Positions 10,380 to 20,416 of a stretch of 64,000 bases of DNA are shown here, one piece after another. The stretch's first letter is position 1. The number at the start of each line of letters is the position of its first letter. Origin of the DNA: an uncultured virus (IMG/VR IMGVR_UViG_3300022925_000007) (lineage: Duplodnaviria > Heunggongvirae > Uroviricota > Caudoviricetes); IMG/VR virus record IMGVR_UViG_3300022925_000007. One strand, written 5' to 3'. The notes below the pieces were generated by a model, which saw only the letters and a program-made list of their open reading frames with translations, ran no database searches and was not told the DNA's origin. The translations under genes were made by a program, and so were the position numbers.

Positions 10380-11723
10380 ATGGATATTAACTATCAATCT
10401 TTAGTTGAGAAGTGGAGTCCCATCCTCGACGAAAATAGTGCGGGTGACATCAAAGATGCATACCGTCGTAAAGTAACTGCTGCTGTTCTTGAGAACCAAG
10501 AGCGTGCATTGCGTGAAGAGCGTTCTCAAGAGAGCGGTTTCCTCACAGAAGCAGCACCTGCTAACAACACTGCTAACGTAGGCACTTGGGATCCTGTCCT
10601 GATCGCTCTCGTTCGTCGTGCTATGCCTAACCTCATCGCTTATGATGTGTGTGGCGTACAACCTATGTCTGGTCCTACTGGTCTCATCTTCGCGATGCGT
10701 TCACAGTACAAGACTACCAAAGCTGGCGTTTCTGCGGGCGACGAAGCATTGTTCAACGAAGCAGCGGTCGGTTTCTCTGGCGACTCTTCTACTACTGGCA
10801 ACGGCACTGGTCCTTCAGGTCTTTCTGGTCTGACTGACTCTAACGGTGACTCTTCACTCAATAACGACCGTACTGGTCCTTATGCTGGTGACGCTTACAC
10901 TACTGCTGAAGCAGAAGCATTGGGCGACGGCGTTGGTGAGACCTTCGCTGAAATGGGTTTCGCAATCGAGAAGTCAACTGTTACTGCTAAGAGCCGTGCG
11001 TTGAAAGCAGAGTACACTCTTGAACTTGCTCAAGACTTGAAAGCAATTCATGGTCTTGACGCTGAGCAAGAGTTGGCGAACATTCTTTCTCAAGAAATCC
11101 TTGCAGAAATCAACCGCGAAGTAATTCGCACCATCAACTCTCAGGCGAAAACTGGTTGCTTGCAGTCTAACACTGCTATCAACGGTATCTTCAACCTTGA
11201 GACTGATGCTGATGGTCGTTGGTCTGTAGAGAAGTTCAAGGGTCTGATGGTTCAACTCGATCGCGAAGCAAACATCATTGCTAAAGAAACTCGTCGCGGT
11301 AAGGGTAACGTAGTAATCTGTTCTTCTGATGTTGCTACTGCTCTGCACGCTGCTGGTATGCTTGACTACAGTCCTGCTCTGTCTGCTAACCTTCAGGTTG
11401 ACGACACTGGTAACACTTTCGCAGGTGTACTGAACGGTCGTATGCGTGTATACATTGATCCATATGCAGAAGCAGACTATGTTACTGTTGGATTCAAGGG
11501 TACTAACCCATATGACGCTGGTGTATTCTACTGCCCATACGTACCTCTTCAGATGGTTCGTGCGGTTGGCGAAGATAACTTCCAGCCACGTATCGGGTTC
11601 AAGACTCGTTACGGCATGGCGTCTAACCCATTCGTTGGTGGTCCACACACTAACCAATTGGCGACTGCTAAGACTAACCAATACTACCGCATCTTCCGCG
11701 TTGACGGAATCCTTGCATCATAG
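10380..11723 (+). CDS. gp23: Major capsid protein
   Basis: GVQPMSGPTGLIFAMR, KSRALKAEYTLELAQDLKAIHGLDAE, FQPRIGFKTRYG. Confidence 0.98.
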   Translation: MDINYQSLVEKWSPILDENSAGDIKDAYRRKVTAAVLENQERALREERSQESGFLTEAAPANNTANVGTWDPVLIALVRRAMPNLIAYDVCGVQPMSGPTGLIFAMRSQYKTTKAGVSAGDEALFNEAAVGFSGDSSTTGNGTGPSGLSGLTDSNGDSSLNNDRTGPYAGDAYTTAEAEALGDGVGETFAEMGFAIEKSTVTAKSRALKAEYTLELAQDLKAIHGLDAEQELANILSQEILAEINREVIRTINSQAKTGCLQSNTAINGIFNLETDADGRWSVEKFKGLMVQLDREANIIAKETRRGKGNVVICSSDVATALHAAGMLDYSPALSANLQVDDTGNTFAGVLNGRMRVYIDPYAEADYVTVGFKGTNPYDAGVFYCPYVPLQMVRAVGEDNFQPRIGFKTRYGMASNPFVGGPHTNQLATAKTNQYYRIFRVDGILAS

Positions 11724-11760
11724 GTTAGACAATAAAAAGAATCCTTTAAAGGATCGTTTT

Positions 11761-11787
11761 GGGGGCACCTTCGGGTGCCCTTTTTTT
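11761..11787 (+). terminator. Rho-independent terminator after gp23
   Basis: GGGCACC-TTCG-GGTGCCC followed by T7. Confidence 0.92.
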
Positions 11788-11792
11788 ATGCG

Positions 11793-11800
11793 TATAAATA
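11793..11800 (+). promoter_or_regulatory. Late promoter TATAAATA (gp3)
   Basis: Exact consensus right after the terminator. Confidence 0.85.
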
Positions 11801-11822
11801 ATGTCATAGCATGGAGTGACCT

Positions 11823-12326
11823 ATGGCAACCCTAACAGAAAACACAAATTTCTTTCAACAAGCAGGATTTAAAGTCAATGTGGATAGGAAAAACTATCCG
11901 AACTTTGAGTTCTTTGCTCAGTCAGTTTCGCATCCATCAGTCTCCCTGCCGGCAGCAGAGAACGCAACAACCTCGCGTATACAGTCAGTTCCGCAGCCAG
12001 GCGATACCTTGACTTTTGACGAACTTTCAGTTATAATACTACTAGACGAAGATTTTAATTCGTATGTAGAAATTTTCAACTGGATGGTAAGAATGGTAAA
12101 TACAAAGCAGACTAGCGCATACGATGCTAGAATAACAGAAAACGGTGTACCCACTTTCTGCGACATAACAGTGTCCGCGCTCAGCAGTCATAACAATACG
12201 TCTAAGAAGTTCGTTTATCGTGATGCCTTTCCCATATCATTAGGCAACGTAGACTTTGAGGCAAACTCCACAGAATTCCTTACAGTACCAGTTGGATTTA
12301 GATACACATATTTTGACATCTCTTAA
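11823..12326 (+). CDS. gp3: Tail tube terminator/completion protein gp3-like
   Basis: PGDTLTFDEL, LDEDFNSYVEIFNW, DAFPISL; position after gp23. Confidence 0.85.
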   Translation: MATLTENTNFFQQAGFKVNVDRKNYPNFEFFAQSVSHPSVSLPAAENATTSRIQSVPQPGDTLTFDELSVIILLDEDFNSYVEIFNWMVRMVNTKQTSAYDARITENGVPTFCDITVSALSSHNNTSKKFVYRDAFPISLGNVDFEANSTEFLTVPVGFRYTYFDIS

Positions 12327-12343
12327 TATCATTGGAGTATATT

Positions 12344-12784
12344 ATGAATCTCGAGGACATTCTGAATGAATGGGAACAAGATTGTAAGATTGGTAATGAT
12401 CTAGCAGAAGCATCTAAACAAACACCATCCCACCACGCCAAGTATCTGCAGTTGCTTTCTATAGCAAAGTTGCGCCTGAAGAAACTTGAGTCAGAGCAAA
12501 AGATACTGCTAAAAGAAAAGTGGTTGTGGTATAATGGTAAGATGTGCGAGGATGAACTCAAAGAAAAAGGTTGGGACCCTGACCCTTTTAATGGACTGAA
12601 GATCATGAAAGGTGATATGGATTATTATTATGACTCTGACCCAGAGATACAGAAGTCCGAAGAAAAAATTCAGTACTTTAAGACCATTATAGATACTTTG
12701 AAGGAAATCGTTGACACTTTGCGTTGGCGGCATCAGACTGTCAGCAATATTATAAAGTGGAAACAATTCGAACGTGGCGACTAA
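12344..12784 (+). CDS. uvsY: Recombination mediator UvsY
   Basis: HAKYL, KWLWYNGK, IIKWKQF; upstream of uvsW. Confidence 0.88.
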   Translation: MNLEDILNEWEQDCKIGNDLAEASKQTPSHHAKYLQLLSIAKLRLKKLESEQKILLKEKWLWYNGKMCEDELKEKGWDPDPFNGLKIMKGDMDYYYDSDPEIQKSEEKIQYFKTIIDTLKEIVDTLRWRHQTVSNIIKWKQFERGD

Positions 12785-12790
12785 TTCGTT

Positions 12791-13144
12791 ATGAGCGAAA
12801 AGAAAGGTGGACATTTACTGCCATATGGTAGCAGTATATCCGCGCCAAAGATTACAGTGCCCGATATTGGACGTTTTAAGAATGAGTCGGTAACTAGGGC
12901 ATCCAATTATTTCCAAGAGCGTGTGGAGTCGCTGCAGCGCCAGTACGAGGAAGTGCTGAAACAGGTACAGGAAACTGAACTGGTTTACACGGCAAGATAT
13001 AACTTCATTCCTGTAGTTGGTAAGACCTATTACCTCTACCACACAGGGGAAGATTATATTCTTAGCATGATTGAAAACTGGAGCAGGTTTGAGATGATCG
13101 GCGCATTTATCTTCACTGCTGATAACGTATGGGAAAAGGTTTAG
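12791..13144 (+). CDS. Conserved hypothetical protein (DUF2452-like)
   Basis: LPYGSSISAPKI...YNFIPVVGKTYYLY pattern. Confidence 0.6.
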   Translation: MSEKKGGHLLPYGSSISAPKITVPDIGRFKNESVTRASNYFQERVESLQRQYEEVLKQVQETELVYTARYNFIPVVGKTYYLYHTGEDYILSMIENWSRFEMIGAFIFTADNVWEKV

Positions 13145-14608
13145 TTGGATACACTAAAAATAAAACTTAAGAATCATTCCATGCTGACCATCGACTGCGA
13201 ACCATCGGTGCGTCACGAACTCAGTGAATTTTTCTCATTCTATGTTCCTGGTTATAAGTTCATGCCAGCATACAGAAACCGTATCTGGGACGGTAAGATA
13301 CGTATGTACAATGGTATGAACGGTGAGATAAACGCAGGTCTCTATCATAAGATAAAGTATTTTGCCGCTGATAGAAACTATGGCATCGAGTTAGAGGAAA
13401 CTGACTACGGCACGCCCTTCGTTAAGAACAAGGTAAATCATCAGCAGGTCGTCAAGTTTATCGACTCATTAAACCTTCCCTTTGAGATGCGCGACTATCA
13501 GTATGAAGCATTCTGCCATGGCATCGAGAATAAGCGTGCGGTGCTTGTTTCGCCAACAGGATCCGGTAAGTCCCTAATTATATATGCTATCCTCCGTTGG
13601 TATCTCGAGTATTATAATAAAAAATTGTTAATTATTGTTCCGACAACGGGTCTGGTCGAACAGATGTATAATGATTTCAAGGACTATGGTTATGCGAGTG
13701 AAGATAACTGCCACATCATTTACTCGGGTAAGGATAAGGTAACGAACAAACCTGTTATCATATCGACTTGGCAGAGCATACACAAACTTAGACCTGAGTG
13801 GTTCAAACAGTTTGGTTGTATCATAGGTGACGAGTGTCATGGATTCAAGGCGAAGTCGCTTTCCAGTATCATGAACAAAGCAACTGAAGCAGAGTATCGC
13901 TTTGGTACAACCGGAACCCTTGACGGAACGCAAACACACAAGCTTGTGCTTGAGGGGTTATTCGGACCTGTAAAGAAAGTTATCACAACGAAGCAGTTAC
14001 AGGAAAAGGATGCATTAGCAGACCTGCAGATTGATTTGCTTGTACTAAAATACTCTGCCGGAGAATGTAGGGATAACGCCAAACGAAAGTATCAGGATGA
14101 GATAGACTTTATCGTGCGGCATGAAGAACGCAATAAGTTTATACGCAACCTCGCGCTCACGCGCACGGGTAACACGCTGGTGCTATTTCAGTTCGTCGAG
14201 AAGCACGGCGAAAAGTTATTTACTATGATACGCGAAAAGGGTGAGAACGTCTACTATGTGCACGGTGGCACTGATACTTCCGATCGCGAGTCTATACGCG
14301 GCATCGTAGAAAGCAAAAAGAATGCTATCATCGTAGCGTCCTACGGTACATTTTCAACAGGCATAAATATAAGAAACCTGCACAATATTATATTCGCTTC
14401 ACCGTACAAGAGTCAGATAAAAGTGCTGCAGTCTATCGGACGCGGGTTGAGAAAAAGTGATGATGGGAGGACAACGGTGCTTTATGATATTATTGACGAC
14501 TTGCACTGGAAGGGAACTAAGAACTTTGCGCTGAAGCATTCAGAAGAACGTGCAAAAATATATGCGAACGAGCAGTTTAAATTCGACTTACACGAGGTGG
14601 AGTTATGA
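13145..14608 (+). CDS. uvsW: SF2 DNA helicase UvsW
   Basis: PTGSGKS, DECH, GTTGT, QSIGRGLR. Confidence 0.96.
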   Translation: MDTLKIKLKNHSMLTIDCEPSVRHELSEFFSFYVPGYKFMPAYRNRIWDGKIRMYNGMNGEINAGLYHKIKYFAADRNYGIELEETDYGTPFVKNKVNHQQVVKFIDSLNLPFEMRDYQYEAFCHGIENKRAVLVSPTGSGKSLIIYAILRWYLEYYNKKLLIIVPTTGLVEQMYNDFKDYGYASEDNCHIIYSGKDKVTNKPVIISTWQSIHKLRPEWFKQFGCIIGDECHGFKAKSLSSIMNKATEAEYRFGTTGTLDGTQTHKLVLEGLFGPVKKVITTKQLQEKDALADLQIDLLVLKYSAGECRDNAKRKYQDEIDFIVRHEERNKFIRNLALTRTGNTLVLFQFVEKHGEKLFTMIREKGENVYYVHGGTDTSDRESIRGIVESKKNAIIVASYGTFSTGINIRNLHNIIFASPYKSQIKVLQSIGRGLRKSDDGRTTVLYDIIDDLHWKGTKNFALKHSEERAKIYANEQFKFDLHEVEL

Positions 14609-15063
14609 GCGAAGGGTCGGCGGGACCATTTTTTCAGCAAATGAAACTTACCAACGGCGAAGAAATAATTGCTGAGGTTGAAGTCTGGGATGAGCATGAC
14701 GTGATTGTGAAGAACGTTCTTAAGATCACCACCAACATTTTCGAAACCCTGAATGAAGAAAACGGCGATCCATACAACTACTACCACTATGGTCTGAAAC
14801 CATGGATGGCATATAGCATACATAGTGACGGCAACATATCTATGAGTGAATCTAACATTGTAGGAACCTGTTATCCGTCAGAGATGCTTTTGGGCGAATA
14901 CGCGGTAGCACTCGCTTCCATTAAAAAATTCAACGAGGAAATGCTTGAGTCTTATAGAGACTACAAAGAGCAGGAAAAATCTGAACCTAAAAAGACAGCG
15001 AAAAAGACCAGCAGTAATGTATTCAGGTTATTCCGAGGAGACGATGACGACACTGTACATTGA
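14605..15063 (+). CDS. Hypothetical protein (Sm-like fold possible)
   Basis: KLTNGEEIIA...LKPWM; occupies the slot between uvsW and gp55. Confidence 0.6.
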   Translation: MSEGSAGPFFQQMKLTNGEEIIAEVEVWDEHDVIVKNVLKITTNIFETLNEENGDPYNYYHYGLKPWMAYSIHSDGNISMSESNIVGTCYPSEMLLGEYAVALASIKKFNEEMLESYRDYKEQEKSEPKKTAKKTSSNVFRLFRGDDDDTVH

Positions 15064-15173
15064 CCCCTGCGGCAGGAACAGCTTCTATTATAATGATAAA
15101 AAATAGAAAGTAAACCTTTCTTTCCCAATTAAAATTTAGTACAATAGTGTTTTGAATTTCTTGGGGACAAACA

Positions 15174-15776
15174 ATGAATAAACCAGCAAACGCACACTAC
15201 GTCGACAACGCAAAATTTTCTCAGGCGGTTTTAGACTACGTAAAGAAAGCAAACGAATGCAGAAAAAGAGGAGAGGACAACCCCGTAGTTGACGACTACA
15301 TCGCTCAGTGCTTTCTTAGAATAGCAGAAGGACTATCATTCAAATCAAACTTTTCAGGGTACACCTATCGAGAGGAAATGGCGATGGACGCAGTAGAGAA
15401 CTGCCTCCGTGCTATTCGCAACTATGATATAGACGCGGCAACTCGAACAGGCAAACCAAACGCATTCGCCTACTTCACGCAAATATCTTGGTATGCTTTT
15501 CTTCGAAGAATCGCCAAAGAAAAAAAGCAACAGGATCTCAAACTCAAATACCTCGCGGAGTCAGGCTATGAAGAGTTTATGATTAACAACGAAGAAGACC
15601 CTGAGTCAGCACGTGCGATTCAAAGTTTCATCGATAGTTTGCGGCAGAGAATCGACGAGATAAAGGAAAAGGATTCGAAATTCGAAGATTACAAAAAAAC
15701 GCATCGTACGCGAGCGCGCAAGACACAAGACTCTGACCTATCAGTATTCTTTGACATGGACGAATTAGAAGTATGA
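15174..15776 (+). CDS. gp55: Late transcription sigma factor
   Basis: HYVDN, NFSGYTYREEM, NAFAYFTQI, AFLRRIAKEKKQ. Confidence 0.96.
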   Translation: MNKPANAHYVDNAKFSQAVLDYVKKANECRKRGEDNPVVDDYIAQCFLRIAEGLSFKSNFSGYTYREEMAMDAVENCLRAIRNYDIDAATRTGKPNAFAYFTQISWYAFLRRIAKEKKQQDLKLKYLAESGYEEFMINNEEDPESARAIQSFIDSLRQRIDEIKEKDSKFEDYKKTHRTRARKTQDSDLSVFFDMDELEV

Positions 15777-16840
15777 AAATAGCAATCCTCAATGATACTC
15801 ATTGTGGCATAAGGAACTCTTCGGATATCTTCATAGATTATCAGGAGGAGTTTTACCGCGACGTGTTCTTTCCGTATCTTTTAGAAAATGATATTAAAAA
15901 CATCATTCACCTTGGGGATTACTATGAGCACCGCCGATACATAAACTTCAAAGCACTTAACAGCAATCGTAAAGTATTCTTAGAGAAACTGCGCGACTAC
16001 GGTATCACCATGGATATCATTCCAGGAAACCACGATACTTACTACAAAAACACCAACGAACTAAACTCCCTGAAAGAACTGCTCGGGCATTACATGAATG
16101 AAGTCAATATCGTCATGAAACCGAAAGTGATGGAATACGGAAGTTTGAAAGTTGCTTTGGTCCCTTGGATTGCTCCAGATGTAGAAAAAGAAACCTATGA
16201 GTTTCTAGAGAACTGTGGTGCTGATGTGATCGGCGGTCACTTTGAACTTGAAGGGTTCGATATGTTGCGCGGCATACCCTGTACGCATGGCATGAAGACT
16301 GACATACTTGAGCGGTTTGAGTTAGCAGTCTCTGGTCACTTTCATACTAAGTCTCAGCAGGGGAATATTCATTACCTTGGTTCACAGATGGAGTTTTTCT
16401 GGTCTGACGCGCATGATCCGAAATACTTTCACGTCCTTGACACCGAAGCACGTGAACTAACTCCCGTGCGTAATCCGGTTACGCTATTTGAAAAGATCAC
16501 CTATGACGACTCACAAAACGAAGATCAGTATTTGGAGATGAACCTAGACCATCTCGACAGGAAGTTTGTCAAGGTTGTTGTCGTAAACAAGACAAACAGC
16601 TTTACTTTTGATCGATTTTTAGATAGAATACAAAGTAGAAGTATTCATGAGTTGAAGATCGCCGAGAACTTCTCCGAGTTTATCGGCGAGAACGTAGAAG
16701 ATGAGAACATATCAGCAGAGGACACAGAGTCGCTTTTAAGAACGTACATCGAGTCGGTCGAGACATCACTGGACAAGAACCGAATACAAACTCAGGTGCA
16801 CGAACTTATGATAGAGGCACAGACTCAAGAAATAGCATGA
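15773..16840 (+). CDS. gp47: Recombination endonuclease subunit (Mre11/SbcD-like)
   Basis: DTH, HLGD, GNHD, SGHFH metallophosphoesterase motifs. Confidence 0.95.
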   Translation: MKIAILNDTHCGIRNSSDIFIDYQEEFYRDVFFPYLLENDIKNIIHLGDYYEHRRYINFKALNSNRKVFLEKLRDYGITMDIIPGNHDTYYKNTNELNSLKELLGHYMNEVNIVMKPKVMEYGSLKVALVPWIAPDVEKETYEFLENCGADVIGGHFELEGFDMLRGIPCTHGMKTDILERFELAVSGHFHTKSQQGNIHYLGSQMEFFWSDAHDPKYFHVLDTEARELTPVRNPVTLFEKITYDDSQNEDQYLEMNLDHLDRKFVKVVVVNKTNSFTFDRFLDRIQSRSIHELKIAENFSEFIGENVEDENISAEDTESLLRTYIESVETSLDKNRIQTQVHELMIEAQTQEIA

Positions 16841-17073
16841 TAACCACCCACGATAAATGGCGTGCGCTTAAAGAAGCGTGCGTCGACACTGCTGCTGGCG
16901 CACTTATAAACATACCCATAAACTGGGCATTACTATCCCTTGCCTTTGCGACAGAGATGACGGCACTTCAGGCAACGATACTGATCACTACAGTTATCAC
17001 CTGTATAGCGATTGCCAGAAAAATGTATATACGGTTACACTTCCATAAAAGGATGTTGAATGATCAGGTTTAA
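16837..17073 (+). CDS. Small two-TM membrane protein
   Basis: Hydrophobic helices; overlaps both gp47 stop and gp46 start. Confidence 0.6.
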   Translation: MITTHDKWRALKEACVDTAAGALINIPINWALLSLAFATEMTALQATILITTVITCIAIARKMYIRLHFHKRMLNDQV

Positions 17074-18778
17074 CAGAGTCCGGTATAAGAACTTTCTTTC
17101 GACCGGAGATAAATTCACAGAGATTGATTTAAACGCAACGAAGACTACGCTCATCGTTGGACAAAACGGTTCCGGCAAGTCTACGATGCTTGACGCTATA
17201 TCGTTTGCCCTGTTTGGTAAACCGCACCGCAATATTAATAAACCGCAGTTGGTCAACTCTGTCAATAAAAAAGGGTGTGTCGTCGAGGTTGAGTTTGAGA
17301 TAAATAAAAATCAGTTCAAGGTAGTTCGCTCGATTAAACGCTCGCGGTTTGAGATATGGAAGAACGGCACACTTCTAAATCAGAACTCGCACAGCAAAGA
17401 ATATCAGAAAATTCTAGAGCAGAATATACTGAAGTTGAACCATAAAACCTTTCATCAGGTAGTGGTGCTAGGGTCTTCATCGTTTATACCTTTTATGCAA
17501 TTATCTGCGAACAACCGCAGGGAGGTAATCGAAGACCTACTGGACATCAACGTATTCAGCAAGATGAATCAGCTGCAGCGCGAGAAGAACGCTGCGCTGA
17601 AGGATAGGGTCAATGATAACCTGCACAAGATCGACTTGATCTCAACCAAAGAAGAGGGGCAGAGAAAATACATACGCGAGATATCTAGGATCAACGATGA
17701 CGTCAAGCAAGAGAAAGAGGATCTTATACAGAGATACCGAACGGAAAAGGACACGCACGTTGCTGCTGTAACAGCGCTGAATGATAAGATAGCAGCGAAT
17801 AACGCAGGGTTGGACGAGGAGTTAAATGCCGCGCGATTGGAAGTGACTGGATTGCGCGATGCCGAAACAGAAATCACGACTAAAATAAAAGCACTGGTAA
17901 AGGAAACAAAGTTTTATGAGAACAACCAATCGTGTCCGACCTGCGAGCAGGACATCGACGAAGATCTCAAGCAAAGCAAGGTCGGACAAGCAAGAGTCAA
18001 GGCAACCGAGTTTCAATCACGTATTGCTGAAATCGCTTCGAGAAAAAGCGAAGCAACCGACAAACTAACACGTGCCGAGGAAAGACTGCGGCAAAATACT
18101 GAATGGCAATCAGAAATACAAACCAAACAGAATCTGATACGCAACTGCGATGCCGAGATCAGCATAGCGCAAGAAGATATAAACAACCTGACCAATGATA
18201 AGTCAGACCTGACCAAAGCAAAGCAAGATCACGATGCGCTATTGGAAGAAAGTAGAAAACTGCAAGAAACCAAACTGCAACTTAATGAGCAGCAGCAATA
18301 TAATACGGTTGTGCTTGAGTTGCTCAAAGATACAGGGTTTAAGACTAAGATTATTAAGCAGTATTTACCAGTTATCAATAAATTGGTCAACACCTATCTA
18401 CAGGTACTTGACTTCTTTGTGCATTTTAATTTAGATGAAAACTTTGACGAGTCGATTCGGTCACGATACCGTGATTCCTTTAGTTATGATTCATTTAGTG
18501 AAGGCGAAAAGCAGCGGATCGACCTCGCCTTGTTGTTCACGTGGCGGCAGATTGCTAAAATGAAGAACAGCGTTTCTACCAACCTCCTAGTGTTGGATGA
18601 AACCTTTGACTCATCCCTCGACCATGATGGTATTGAAAACCTAATGAAGATATTACATACACTCGGTGATGATACGAATATATTTGTAATATCCCATAAG
18701 GGTGACTTGCTCGAGGGCAAGTTTGATAGCAAAATCGAATTTGTTAAGCACAAAAATTTCTCAAAGATGAAGGTATAA
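17060..18778 (+). CDS. gp46: Recombination ATPase subunit (Rad50/SbcC-like)
   Basis: GQNGSGKS, CPTC zinc hook, FSEGEK, LDETFD, ISH. Confidence 0.96.
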   Translation: MIRFNRVRYKNFLSTGDKFTEIDLNATKTTLIVGQNGSGKSTMLDAISFALFGKPHRNINKPQLVNSVNKKGCVVEVEFEINKNQFKVVRSIKRSRFEIWKNGTLLNQNSHSKEYQKILEQNILKLNHKTFHQVVVLGSSSFIPFMQLSANNRREVIEDLLDINVFSKMNQLQREKNAALKDRVNDNLHKIDLISTKEEGQRKYIREISRINDDVKQEKEDLIQRYRTEKDTHVAAVTALNDKIAANNAGLDEELNAARLEVTGLRDAETEITTKIKALVKETKFYENNQSCPTCEQDIDEDLKQSKVGQARVKATEFQSRIAEIASRKSEATDKLTRAEERLRQNTEWQSEIQTKQNLIRNCDAEISIAQEDINNLTNDKSDLTKAKQDHDALLEESRKLQETKLQLNEQQQYNTVVLELLKDTGFKTKIIKQYLPVINKLVNTYLQVLDFFVHFNLDENFDESIRSRYRDSFSYDSFSEGEKQRIDLALLFTWRQIAKMKNSVSTNLLVLDETFDSSLDHDGIENLMKILHTLGDDTNIFVISHKGDLLEGKFDSKIEFVKHKNFSKMKV

Positions 18779-18779
18779 T

Positions 18780-18959
18780 ATGAGCAAGAAGAAAAAGTTG
18801 AAGGTCGGCGATTTGATTAGACACACGGTTCAGTCAACGGGCGATATTAGAACGGGAACGGTTCACCAGATGCTATCCACGCAGTTCACCTACAAGGCAG
18901 ACAACGGCGAACTATATTTCTGCTTCTATAACGAATCTTGGAAAATGCTTGAGAATTGA
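18780..18959 (+). CDS. Small hypothetical protein (59 aa, below the ORF-track cutoff)
   Basis: ATG just after gp46 stop; MSKKKKLKVGDLIRH... Confidence 0.55.
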   Translation: MSKKKKLKVGDLIRHTVQSTGDIRTGTVHQMLSTQFTYKADNGELYFCFYNESWKMLEN

Positions 18960-18977
18960 TTTTTATTCAGGTACAAT
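18949..18977 (+). promoter_or_regulatory. Sigma70-like promoter of the DNA-modification operon
   Basis: TTGAGA-N17-TACAAT. Confidence 0.6.
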
Positions 18978-19003
18978 AGTGTTGTGTTTATAGGAAGGTG
19001 CAA

Positions 19004-20416
19004 ATGGATACGGTAACTATCGGCGATTACTGCTGGAAAAAATTCAAAGGCGACGAGGGGCAGGACGTCTATGTTGCTCAGTTCAAGATTGATGACGATA
19101 CGGTACTCGGGCAGTATGTCGACGAGGGATCTTATGACATTCTAGTCGATTCTGATGCTGACTTTTATTTGCCTAGCGAATCATTGGACGAAGGCAAACT
19201 CACAGAAGATAGACTCGCGTTCAAGTTTCGTAAGAATGTCTTCACCCCAGAAGAGCAGAAAGGTGCGCTCGAAGGTCTTTGGAGTGCAGCGAGTGAATCG
19301 AACAACCGTGGACTAGCAGCTGGTCCGCGCGAGGAACGAAACAAAGATCGCGACTGGGTAACAAACTATCAGACTGAAGTTTTGGAATGGTACATAAAAG
19401 GTCAACCGCAGAGCATTACAGGCGAAGATCCTATTGACGTTATCAAGAGTAAAATAGCAAAGAAAGAAGCGAGGGGCGAGAACGTCATTCGTGGAGAAGT
19501 TTGGTTGCGCAGTTCTATCGAAAAGGAATATGAGAGTTACGAGAACTTCTTCCCTGCGCTGGAAAAGAAACTTGCCGGCATGCCCATAACTATGGCACAG
19601 GCAGAGGCAAAGCAAGTCAAGGCGAAGTATATCTCTGATACTTCATACGCCACTGCCATCTGGTCGGGTATCGCAGGTTTCTATGGACGTTATCCGCGTA
19701 TACCTTATGGTCGGCCAACAGCATATACAGAGCATAATCCGCAGGACTTTGAAAAGTGTTATCCGTTTGCGCGTAAACTCGAGAAGACTTTCGCCGAACT
19801 GATTCCTGGGCGTCATGCGGCACAGAAGAAATATGCCGATGCTCTTGATAAAAGGTTTTTAATTGGGGAGGATACCACCTTCACTACCATTACAGTCAAT
19901 ACGACAACCCATGAACGTAATGCTCGGATGGCATGCCACCGCGATGCTGGTTCGCTCAATGACGGGTTCTCGAATCTAACTGTAATTAGTGACGGGCAGA
20001 AACACTGGAAAGGTGGTTATCTAGTCGCGCCCGAAGTACGTGCAGCCATCAACGTGCGGCCAGGCGACTTGTTATTAATCGACAACATGCGAGTGATACA
20101 TGGTAATACTCCTATCGAAGCACCCGATAGTGGTAAGGAAGATCTACTGCGTATGTCGTTGGTGTTTTACTTCCGCGAAGATATGCAGCATCTGGGTAGT
20201 TGGGAGTATGAAAAGATGCGCAGGACTTATGTCGACGAACGACGGTTGAATAAAGATCATCCGTTATGGCGGCAGTCATGGAATGGTGTGAGTCCTGGCA
20301 TGTGGGATGAACGCGAGTGGTATGATTGGTTAGAAACCAATGGCGGGAAAAATATGTTAACCGAATACCACCCCAAAGCATCTGAAGAAGAAGGCACGCT
20401 AGAGGCATTTTTCTAA
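19004..20416 (+). CDS. TET/JBP-family 2OG-Fe(II) dioxygenase (putative DNA thymine hydroxylase)
   Basis: FTTITVN, HxD (ACHRDAG), distal His (IHGNTP), RMSLVFYFRE. Confidence 0.85.
   Translation: MDTVTIGDYCWKKFKGDEGQDVYVAQFKIDDDTVLGQYVDEGSYDILVDSDADFYLPSESLDEGKLTEDRLAFKFRKNVFTPEEQKGALEGLWSAASESNNRGLAAGPREERNKDRDWVTNYQTEVLEWYIKGQPQSITGEDPIDVIKSKIAKKEARGENVIRGEVWLRSSIEKEYESYENFFPALEKKLAGMPITMAQAEAKQVKAKYISDTSYATAIWSGIAGFYGRYPRIPYGRPTAYTEHNPQDFEKCYPFARKLEKTFAELIPGRHAAQKKYADALDKRFLIGEDTTFTTITVNTTTHERNARMACHRDAGSLNDGFSNLTVISDGQKHWKGGYLVAPEVRAAINVRPGDLLLIDNMRVIHGNTPIEAPDSGKEDLLRMSLVFYFREDMQHLGSWEYEKMRRTYVDERRLNKDHPLWRQSWNGVSPGMWDEREWYDWLETNGGKNMLTEYHPKASEEEGTLEAFF

Noticed and set aside
10974..11681. 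Long antisense ORF inside gp23, and many similar minus-strand ORFs
   Set aside because: Shadow ORFs of biased codon usage in conserved + strand genes; no SD or promoter support noticed
19004..20416. TET acting on 5-methylcytosine
   Set aside because: No C5-cytosine methyltransferase nearby and the neighbours belong to hmU pathways; not fully excluded because the rest of the genome is unseen
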